Shown here piece by piece: positions 1 to 7,501 of a DNA stretch of 64,000 nt. The stretch lies in contig JBDRLP010000027.1 of assembly GCA_043812975.1 (NCBI GenBank), forward strand, positions 85,731 to 149,730. Direction: 5' to 3'. Source of the DNA: Candidatus Iainarchaeum sp. GTDB taxonomy: Archaea; Iainarchaeota; Iainarchaeia; Iainarchaeales; Iainarchaeaceae. The notes under the pieces were generated by a model. The model had not been told where the DNA came from, ran no database searches, and was given only the letters and a program-made list of their open reading frames with translations. Position 1 is the stretch's first letter; each line of letters opens with the position of its first letter. The position numbers and the translations under genes were made by a program.

Positions 1-210
1 TTTGTCAAATTTTTCTTTTTTAATATCATTCATTCTTTCCTGAATCAATGATGCAATTATAATTCCTGCGCCGATTATTGATATTGTCCAGCCTCCAAAA
101 AAGGATATTGTGAAAAAGATTTCTCCAAAAACTCCGAATATTGGAAAAACAGTAAGCAAAATTAATCCAATTATTACAATTATTATTCCAATTGATTGTG
201 TTGTGTTCAT
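1..210 (-). CDS. small membrane protein (3' end runs off window)
   Basis: Manually translated from ATG 210: MNTTQSIGIIIVIIGLILLTVFPIFG...IKKEKFDK; two hydrophobic segments, no stop before position 1. Confidence 0.65.
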   Translation of the reverse strand, partial: MNTTQSIGIIIVIIGLILLTVFPIFGVFGEIFFTISFFGGWTISIIGAGIIIASLIQERMNDIKKEKFDK

Positions 211-258
211 TGAATAAATTAACTGCAAAGGGATTAAATTAGTATTTGAATTCAGAGT

Positions 259-453
259 CTAGGATTTTGATTTCCTAAATCCTTTTCCTTCAAGATTCTC
301 TTGTGCTTTTGTAGCAGCTGTTACTTGAGGATGTTTTTCTACGTTCATTTGATGTCTAAACTCCTCTGCATAAGCTTCCCTGTGAGTTAAACCTCGTGTT
401 CTATACAGCCCAATTCGCAAACTTGTTGGAGTTTTAGTAGGTCTTTTTGGCAT
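259..453 (-). CDS. small basic orphan protein
   Basis: ORF; ATG at 453 (MPKRPTKTP...) preferred over the track start; no recognised domain. Confidence 0.5.
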   Translation of the reverse strand: MPKRPTKTPTSLRIGLYRTRGLTHREAYAEEFRHQMNVEKHPQVTAATKAQENLEGKGFRKSKS

Positions 454-491
454 ATTTCCCAAAATAATTATGTTTTGATTCTATATTAATA

Positions 492-526
492 TTCGCACCG
501 GCAAGAATTTGAGTTCGCACCGGCAA
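492..526 (+). promoter_or_regulatory. tandem TTCGCACCGGCAA motif (locus 1) upstream of nurA
   Basis: CGCACCGGCA at 494-503 and 516-525 (22-bp period); TTTAAA at 542-547. Repeat is seen directly, regulatory role is inferred. Confidence 0.55.
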
Positions 527-570
527 CCAACCCTAAGTTAATTTAAAAACCTCGAACCTTTGCTTTTACT

Positions 571-1656
571 ATGAATATGTCTAAAGTGATTGATTCTGCG
601 GTTGAAACAATCCATTCAGGAGAACAAAGAAAAAAACTGGTTACTGAAAAGCTCACTCCGTTAAAATATAAGAAATTTTCTTCTCAGGAGCTCCCGGAAA
701 AAGTATTGGTTCTTCCTGTTGAAAAGTGGATTCCCGATTGTATAATTGGAGGGGTGGATTCTGGTTTTGTTGCAAAGCGCCTTGCGTCAGTTGACCTTGT
801 TCTGATTAGAGCTATGGGTGTCTGCTTTGATTACAAAAAGGGCATTGTGGATAAAGCCAATTATTATCCTGGTTATTTTCAGTTTCCGGAACCACATTTA
901 AGCAATAATGCATTGGAAGAAGATGAGGCTGAGCAAAGCAAATCATTAATGCGTTTAAAAGAAGAAGTTAAAGCGTCAAAAAAATTAATTGAAGAGCATT
1001 CTCCGAAATATTTGTTTATTGATGGTTCTATTGTTCCGCAGTACCAAGACAAACCAAGAAAGGAATCTAAGTTAACTGATAATTATATTAATATTATTCA
1101 GGAGTTTGAATCTTTTTATGAATTGGCTGAAAAAAATAATTGCACATTAATTTCTACGGTGGAAGATTCTAGAGGTTCTAGGTTCAGACAGATTATTCAG
1201 GATGAAATTCTTGAGAAGGAAAAAATTCTTGAAAAAGAAAAATTAGATGGTTTGTTTGATTCTTCTTTTTTGGATTATTTTTTGAACGTAGGAGAACGCT
1301 CAAGTTGTTTTACTTACACGAAAAATATTAAACAGCATCCTGTTCTTTCTGATTTCAATGAAAAGTGGAGCAACCATATTTTTGGTTTGTACATTAAACC
1401 TTCTAATTATGACAAACCCTTGAGGGTTGAATTCATCACTAAAGGGGGCATAAAAGAAAAAGCAGATGAAGTCGCAAAAGTCGCGTTTGCTTTAAGTTCA
1501 TTACATCGCGAGTATGCTTATCCTTCAATTTTAATAGAGGCGGATATGCATGCTAAATTAAAGCAGGATGAGATTGAAATTGTTTATAATAAAATAATGG
1601 ATAAATTGGGTAATTCAATTAAACTAAAAATGAGGCGTGATAATAGGCCTTTTTAG
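571..1656 (+). CDS. nurA: NurA 5'-3' nuclease
   Basis: GGVDSG, FIDGS, LRVEF and YPSILIEADMHAK motifs; same operon as herA. Confidence 0.9.
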   Translation: MNMSKVIDSAVETIHSGEQRKKLVTEKLTPLKYKKFSSQELPEKVLVLPVEKWIPDCIIGGVDSGFVAKRLASVDLVLIRAMGVCFDYKKGIVDKANYYPGYFQFPEPHLSNNALEEDEAEQSKSLMRLKEEVKASKKLIEEHSPKYLFIDGSIVPQYQDKPRKESKLTDNYINIIQEFESFYELAEKNNCTLISTVEDSRGSRFRQIIQDEILEKEKILEKEKLDGLFDSSFLDYFLNVGERSSCFTYTKNIKQHPVLSDFNEKWSNHIFGLYIKPSNYDKPLRVEFITKGGIKEKADEVAKVAFALSSLHREYAYPSILIEADMHAKLKQDEIEIVYNKIMDKLGNSIKLKMRRDNRPF

Positions 1657-1665
1657 GTGATTTTC

Positions 1666-2181
1666 ATGGTATTTGAACGTTTCTCAGAAGTTGATTCAAC
1701 TGTTTTCAGAAGTTCGATTCCGCGAACAAATGAAGACGTGGATTTTTTGGTTTCTAAAGGGATTTCAGAAGTGATTTCTTTTGAACTTGTTAATAAATCA
1801 TTGAGCGCCTATGCGGAATCAAAAGGAGTTAAGTTTCATGATTTTTCAACTATTGATCAGGATTATTTGCCTGATAAGAGAGAGGCAACTGCGTTTTTCA
1901 AAGTAATAAAAAACGCTGAAGTTTCAGGAAAGAAAGTTTTGCTTCATTGCAGTGCGGGTTTGCAGAGGTCTGGTGTGATGGTTGCTGTTTATTTGGTTGG
2001 AAAAGGAATGCATCCACTTCAAGCATACCAATTCGCAGGCACTGCCGAAGTTACAATTAAAGAACCATTGATGCGTGAGGCGAATGCGTTAAAAGATCTT
2101 TACACTAATATTAGAAAAGAGAGGCCTGGTTCAAGAAAATTGAGACATGTTGTAAAAAAACCAAGGAGAAAATTGAAATGA
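1666..2181 (+). CDS. dual-specificity/protein tyrosine phosphatase-family protein
   Basis: Intact CX5R loop HCSAGLQRSG; SD-like AGGTGA at 1655-1660 before ATG 1666; basic C-terminal tail. Confidence 0.85.
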   Translation: MVFERFSEVDSTVFRSSIPRTNEDVDFLVSKGISEVISFELVNKSLSAYAESKGVKFHDFSTIDQDYLPDKREATAFFKVIKNAEVSGKKVLLHCSAGLQRSGVMVAVYLVGKGMHPLQAYQFAGTAEVTIKEPLMREANALKDLYTNIRKERPGSRKLRHVVKKPRRKLK

Positions 2182-2294
2182 TTTGTCCAAAATGCGGAAA
2201 TGATTCTTTTGAAGAGCTTCCTTTAGAAAAAGGAAAACAAAAAAGATGCAGAAAGTGCGGTTTTGTGGGAAATCCGATGAGTGATTTCACGTGA
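2178..2294 (+). CDS. 38-aa Zn-ribbon microprotein (not in ORF track)
   Basis: MICPKCGNDSFEELPLEKGKQKRCRKCGFVGNPMSDFT; two CxxCG motifs; ATGA overlap upstream, GTGA overlap downstream. Confidence 0.8.
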   Translation: MICPKCGNDSFEELPLEKGKQKRCRKCGFVGNPMSDFT

Positions 2295-2473
2295 CTCAAA
2301 AAGAAAAAAATAAAGTAACTTTTTGTTCAAGCTGCGGTTCTACAAATGTAAAACCAAGTTATGCAATGGGAACTATTGATAATCGTGTTGAGTGCTTGGA
2401 TTGTAAAACTTTAGAGTTTCCTGTTGAGGCTGAGGAAAAGTTCAGGAAAAAGTTTATGGAGAGGAAAAAATGA
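2291..2473 (+). CDS. 60-aa Zn-ribbon protein
   Basis: CSSCG...CLDC; 4-bp overlaps with both neighbours. Confidence 0.75.
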   Translation: MTQKEKNKVTFCSSCGSTNVKPSYAMGTIDNRVECLDCKTLEFPVEAEEKFRKKFMERKK

Positions 2474-2862
2474 GCAGATCGCCTTTTTATTATGAGCACT
2501 CCCCAAAACTATTTTCAGGAAGGATTTCTTTAATAAAATCCGATTTAGATTATTTGAATAGTAAAGGAATCAAAAAATTAGTCTTATTACAGGATGTGAA
2601 TGATAATATATTGAATGCTCTTAGAACTGCCGGTTTTGCCGTTAAAGTTTTTCATTTAGGTACAAATCCCCCTTATGATTCAGAAAAATTAAGAGTGGTT
2701 TCTCGCGCTATGGCTTCTGCTAGAGTTTCTTTGCAAAAAAATGAAGGAGTGGCTGTTTTATGCAATCAAGGATTTCGTTCATTTGACATTTGTAAAGAAA
2801 TTCATAATCCTATTGACAGGAAAAGATTAACCAAAACTCGAATTAGGCGGTTGAGAAAATGA
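2470..2862 (+). CDS. degenerate DSP/PTP-like protein
   Basis: DLDYLNSKGIKKLV resembles DVDFLVSKGISEVI of the upstream DSP; loop VLCNQGFRS is CX4R; basic tail RIRRLRK. Confidence 0.55.
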   Translation: MSRSPFYYEHSPKLFSGRISLIKSDLDYLNSKGIKKLVLLQDVNDNILNALRTAGFAVKVFHLGTNPPYDSEKLRVVSRAMASARVSLQKNEGVAVLCNQGFRSFDICKEIHNPIDRKRLTKTRIRRLRK

Positions 2863-5800
2863 CCAAAAACGAAGAAATAGGAACAGTAATAAGCACTCCA
2901 GATGGTCCTTCTCCGAGTGCTTTGGATTTTGTTGTTTATTCAGGAACACTTCACAGAGGAATGTTTGTTGAATTAGATTATGCTGAAGGCACTCTTGTTG
3001 CTTTGGTTACTGATGTTGTTAAAACAAATCGTTATTTTGAAAGAGTTGAATCAGTAAAGGAATTCGAATCCTCAGGAACAAAATTATTTGAACAATTCCC
3101 TACTCATGAATGGGAATTCCTTTTAGCAAAAACAAGACCGCTTGGAGTTTACAATAAAGGGATGATTAAGCGTTCTAGTTTTCCTCCTTCTCCTGGGGCT
3201 AAAGTAAGGGTTGCTTCCAAAGAAACTCTTGAAAACTTTTTAGGTTTAGATTTGGAAAAAGGTTTAATGCTTGGAGAAATTGAACATCACGATGTTTCAG
3301 TAAAATTGAACATGTCAAGATTATTCCAGAAACATTTAGCTATTTTGGCTATGAGTGGAGCAGGTAAGTGTACAAGTTTTGATGCTGAAATATTGCTTGA
3401 AAATAAGGTGCAGGTAAAAATTGGCGAATTAGTTGATTCAATATTAGAGAAAAATAAAAGAGTTGAAGATGGTGTTGAATTTTGGGAAGGGGATTTGGAT
3501 CTAAAAACTTATTCTTTTAATGGAGAAAAAATTGTTCCTGCGGAGGTCAAAGGAGTTTACCGAAGGAAGTCTCCGCATGAATTGATTAAGGTCACAACTC
3601 GGAGTGGTAGGATTTTGAAGGTTACTCCTGAACACTTAATCCCTATGTTTAGTGGTTCTATTGAGTGGTTGCATGCAAAGGATTTGGTTAAAAAAAACTA
3701 CTTGATTTTTCCGAGGATAAATTGGAGTGGTTCTGAGCAAGTAATGGATTTTTCTTCAGTTGTTGGCGAGAAAACCATAGTTCGCGGTGGTTTTGCGGAG
3801 TCAAAGAAGTCCGGTAAAAAGGTTAGGTTATTGCAGAGTGTTGACAAGGATTTTGTCAGATTGTTTGCTTATCTTTTGGCGGAAGGACATAATACTTGCG
3901 GTTCTCAAATTTGGTTTAGTAACGAAGATGAGTTTGTACGAAAGGATTTTTCGAAGCTGGTTTTTGATAAGTTTGGTTCTCGTGTCAGTGTAGCTAAACA
4001 TGGGGGCGATTTGATTTTTTATAATAAGTTGTTGGCTCAGGCTCTTTCAAAGAAAGGGTTTACTAATTCTAGTTGGACTAAATTTGTTCCTCCTGAGATT
4101 TTGCGGAGCAGACGTGAAGTTTTGCTTTCTTTTCTTTCTGTTTTTATTGATTGTGACGGGCATATAAACAAAAGCAAGTCTGAGTTGGAGATAACTTTAG
4201 CGAGTAAAAAACTTATTTTTGGTATTGAAGAAATCCTCACAAAGCTGGGTATTGTTTCTTTTAGAGGGATCAAAAAGACTGATGGCAAGGTATATCAAAG
4301 ATTGTTTGTTAGAGGGGCGGAATTGAAAAAGCTGAAGGATCTCGATCTTTTGATTGGTTATAAAAAGAAGGCTCTTGAGAAATGGATTGCCTCTAAAAAC
4401 AACCCTAATGTTGATGTTGTTCCCAATTTACATTCTCATTTGTTTGAGTTGTTGTCTTTGTTGAGAATGCCTCAGCCACAGGCTGAGTCGTCAGGCATTA
4501 ACAATTATCTTTACCGCCGAGATAACCCTTCTAGGGAAAATTTGAGTGTTTTAATTTCTATTTTTGAGCGAAGATGTGTTGAGGTAGAAAAGGCAACTGA
4601 GGACGCTTATACTCTTTATAAAAGCATTCCTAAAGTTAGCGAAGAAGATGCTTTAGTGGTTGTTCAGGAAGCTTATTCCAGTGGTTTGGATTTTAATAAA
4701 ATCTCTTCAGGAAGTGGTGTTTCAAAAACTACTGCAAGAAGGGTTGTTAGAGGTATCACTTCTCCAAAAAGTAGTGTTTTTTCTTTGGCAAAAAACATTT
4801 CTCAGTCTAGGTATGCTGAATTTGGATTCGTTGAAAACTTCGACGGGAATTCAGCTTTAACTTCTATTAAGGAAATTTGTGAGAGGCTTGGTCATGAGAC
4901 ACAGACTTTTTGTGTTTCAAATGGGGTTTACAAGAATTTTCTATATTCTCATTCAAAAGATAGGGGTGTTGCTGACCATTCTATTGTACTCAAGTTGTCA
5001 GAGTCTCTTTGTGAAATTGCGAGAAAATCTGAGAAAAATTTGGGCTTAGCTAAGGGAATTATTTTTGATTTGAAGAAAGCGATTGATTTGAATGCTTTTT
5101 TTGACGAGATTGTGAAAGTTGAAAAAGTTCCTTCTGAAAACGAGTTTGTTTATGATCTTTCTGTTGATAATTCTAGTTTTGTTGCTAATAATTTGTTGAT
5201 TCATAATAGCTACTTAACTTCCGTTCTCTTTGAAGAACTTTTAGAAAGAAAAAAAGAAGACGGAAGACTGGCTTTGATTGTAATGGATACTCATGGAGAA
5301 TATAGGAATTTTGCTGAACCAGTAAAAGATTCAAAGAGTAAAGATTTTTCATCCAAAACAAGATTTGTTAAAGCAAGCGAAATTAGCATCGGTGTTCCTA
5401 AGCTTTCTATCGGAATGCTTTCCATTATGATTCCTGGATTATCAGGGCCGCAGAAGAGAGACCTTGCGAGAGTTCTTGAAAAATTAAGAAGAGAAATGAA
5501 AGACGGTTTAGGCCCCTATGATTTTGGTGCTGTAAAATCTGAAATATTTAAGGATGAGGAAATGAAAGAGTCAACAAAATTGGCTTTGACTGGATGGATA
5601 ATTTCATTAGAACAGTTGAAACTTTTCGGAAAAACTGATAATCCAAGTATTAATGATCTTGTAAAACCAGGACAACTTACAATTGTTGATTTGAGTGATG
5701 TCATTGAAATGAAAAAGAAACAGATTATTGTTTCTTATTTTGCTTCGAAACTTTTCTTTGAAAGGCGCCAAAAAAGAATTGCTCCTTTTTCTCTTGTTTT

Positions 5801-6239
5801 GGAAGAAGCACATCAGTATTGCCCTGAAGGCACTTCAAAAGAAGGGGCTATTTCCAGAGGTATTATTGAAACAATTGCAAGGGAAGGAAGAAAGTTCGGT
5901 GCTTCAATTTGTTTAATTTCTCAGAGGCCGATTAATCTTTCAACAACTGCATTAAGTCAATGCGGCACTCATATAATTCTCAGAGTAACAAATCCTTATG
6001 ATCTTGATCACATTGGTAAAAGCAGTGAAGGTCTTGACAGGCGTTCGCTGGACATGATTACTTCTCTAAGAACGGGAGAAGCTCTTCTTGTTGGTGAAGC
6101 CGTAAATTACCCTACTTTTTTCAAGGTTCGAAAAAGGACTTCTCAGGATTCTATTCATGAAAAGTCTCTGGAGGAGGCTTCTGTTGAGTTTGAGGAAATA
6201 AAGGAAGCATCACAGAAGGATATTGAAGATTTGATGTAA
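2859..6239 (+). CDS. herA: HerA ATPase/helicase, intein-containing
   Basis: HLAILAMSGAGK|S Walker A, DTHGEY, LEEAH, IAREGRKFG, SQRP motifs. Confidence 0.92.
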   Translation: MTKNEEIGTVISTPDGPSPSALDFVVYSGTLHRGMFVELDYAEGTLVALVTDVVKTNRYFERVESVKEFESSGTKLFEQFPTHEWEFLLAKTRPLGVYNKGMIKRSSFPPSPGAKVRVASKETLENFLGLDLEKGLMLGEIEHHDVSVKLNMSRLFQKHLAILAMSGAGKCTSFDAEILLENKVQVKIGELVDSILEKNKRVEDGVEFWEGDLDLKTYSFNGEKIVPAEVKGVYRRKSPHELIKVTTRSGRILKVTPEHLIPMFSGSIEWLHAKDLVKKNYLIFPRINWSGSEQVMDFSSVVGEKTIVRGGFAESKKSGKKVRLLQSVDKDFVRLFAYLLAEGHNTCGSQIWFSNEDEFVRKDFSKLVFDKFGSRVSVAKHGGDLIFYNKLLAQALSKKGFTNSSWTKFVPPEILRSRREVLLSFLSVFIDCDGHINKSKSELEITLASKKLIFGIEEILTKLGIVSFRGIKKTDGKVYQRLFVRGAELKKLKDLDLLIGYKKKALEKWIASKNNPNVDVVPNLHSHLFELLSLLRMPQPQAESSGINNYLYRRDNPSRENLSVLISIFERRCVEVEKATEDAYTLYKSIPKVSEEDALVVVQEAYSSGLDFNKISSGSGVSKTTARRVVRGITSPKSSVFSLAKNISQSRYAEFGFVENFDGNSALTSIKEICERLGHETQTFCVSNGVYKNFLYSHSKDRGVADHSIVLKLSESLCEIARKSEKNLGLAKGIIFDLKKAIDLNAFFDEIVKVEKVPSENEFVYDLSVDNSSFVANNLLIHNSYLTSVLFEELLERKKEDGRLALIVMDTHGEYRNFAEPVKDSKSKDFSSKTRFVKASEISIGVPKLSIGMLSIMIPGLSGPQKRDLARVLEKLRREMKDGLGPYDFGAVKSEIFKDEEMKESTKLALTGWIISLEQLKLFGKTDNPSINDLVKPGQLTIVDLSDVIEMKKKQIIVSYFASKLFFERRQKRIAPFSLVLEEAHQYCPEGTSKEGAISRGIIETIAREGRKFGASICLISQRPINLSTTALSQCGTHIILRVTNPYDLDHIGKSSEGLDRRSLDMITSLRTGEALLVGEAVNYPTFFKVRKRTSQDSIHEKSLEEASVEFEEIKEASQKDIEDLM
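3369..5207 (+). mobile_element. intein (613 aa) with LAGLIDADG endonuclease in HerA Walker A
   Basis: GK|CTSFD...LIHN|S junctions, block B TPEH, motifs LFAYLLAEGH and FLSVFIDCDG, VYDLSV block F. Confidence 0.92.
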
Positions 6240-6276
6240 AAGCAATTATTATTAACTAATTCTTCGTTTTTTTTGC

Positions 6277-7416
6277 ATGGCTATTGAGTCTTTAGTTTTA
6301 TTTGCTGTAGGAACTATTCTGCTGATTAAAGCTGCGGATTTTTTTGTAGATGCTGCTGCTAAAATTGCAAAACTTTTAGGAGTTAGTGATCTTGTAATAG
6401 GATTAACAATTGTTTCTATTGGAACTTCTCTTCCGGAAATTGCTTCGGCTATTTTTGCCGCTTTCTCCGGAGAACCAAGTCTTGCTATTGGAACGGTTGT
6501 CGGAAGTAACATTTCTAACATTGCGCTTATTCTTGGTTTGACTGTTTTTGTTGTAGGTACAATTAAAGTTGATAAAAAAGCTCTTGAAAAAGATCTTTTC
6601 ATAATGCTAATGGTTACTGTTTTATTTTTTTACTTTTCAGTAGATGGTTTAATTTCTTTTTTGGAAGGCATAGTTTTAGTTGTTATTTTTGTCCTTTACA
6701 TGTTTTTCCTGTTTGGTTTTATGAAACGTTTTGAGGAAATATTTTCATATGATCTTTTCCTGAAACAGTTTTTCGGAACTGAAAAGTTTTCTGTTTTTAA
6801 TGTTAAAACGTATTTCAAAATAATGCAGGCCGGAGTGGATCCTGTTACTTATCACAGGCTTCTTGGTTTTGATGGGAAGAAGTTCAGAGAAAAAATCGGA
6901 ACCAGAATTGATAAAGGGGAAGTAACCGAAGCAAAAAAACTTTTCAGCAAAGAATTCTTTTCATCAATTATCAACCAGTCAGTTATTTTAGTAATAAGTT
7001 CATTGGGTGTTTTGTATGGTGCTAAGATTCTGATTGATGGAGCAATAGGTCTGGCTACCTTTTTTGCAATTCCAAGTTCAATAGTAGGTTTGTTTTTGGT
7101 TGCTATAGGAACTTCGCTCCCTGAATTAGGAGTTTCAATTTCCTCAGCAAGAAAAGGTTACTTTGATATTTTAATTGGAAACATTATCGGTTCTAATATT
7201 GCAAATATACTCTTGGTTATTGGTGCTACTTCTGTTATTTCTGCTTTGAGTTTTTCTTTTGCAGAAATTCTTGCTCCTATGTTTTTCATGCTTACAATTT
7301 CCTTAGTCCTTGGATTTTCAATTCATAGAAATTACGACATCAATAAGGGTGAGGCTCTTTTATTACTGGTTCTATACGCAGCTTTTGCATATGTAGCTTA
7401 TATTACCTTGATTTGA
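6277..7416 (+). CDS. Ca2+/Na+ (CaCA family) antiporter
   Basis: Two GTSLPE and GSNI alpha-repeats, multiple TM helices, long central loop. Confidence 0.9.
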   Translation: MAIESLVLFAVGTILLIKAADFFVDAAAKIAKLLGVSDLVIGLTIVSIGTSLPEIASAIFAAFSGEPSLAIGTVVGSNISNIALILGLTVFVVGTIKVDKKALEKDLFIMLMVTVLFFYFSVDGLISFLEGIVLVVIFVLYMFFLFGFMKRFEEIFSYDLFLKQFFGTEKFSVFNVKTYFKIMQAGVDPVTYHRLLGFDGKKFREKIGTRIDKGEVTEAKKLFSKEFFSSIINQSVILVISSLGVLYGAKILIDGAIGLATFFAIPSSIVGLFLVAIGTSLPELGVSISSARKGYFDILIGNIIGSNIANILLVIGATSVISALSFSFAEILAPMFFMLTISLVLGFSIHRNYDINKGEALLLLVLYAAFAYVAYITLI

Positions 7417-7418
7417 AA

Positions 7419-7465
7419 TTCCGCACCGGCACGAACTTGGAGTTCGCACCGGCAATGTACCCCTT
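7419..7465 (+). promoter_or_regulatory. tandem CGCACCGGCA motif (locus 2) upstream of polB-like gene
   Basis: Copies at 7422-7431 and 7445-7454 (23-bp period); TTTAAA at 7476-7481. Confidence 0.55.
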
Positions 7466-7501
7466 AAAAACGCTTTTTAAATCAGAATCGAAAGTTGTAG
7501 T

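Noticed and set aside
492..526. Tandem repeats here and at 7419-7457 as a mini-CRISPR array
   Set aside because: Two short units per locus, ~10-bp similar linkers rather than unique spacers, no cas genes
7432..7446. CGAAC-TTGGA-GTTCG resembles a Firmicutes LexA box
   Set aside because: Spacer length varies (4, 5, 2) among loci, absent at locus 4, and no lexA in window
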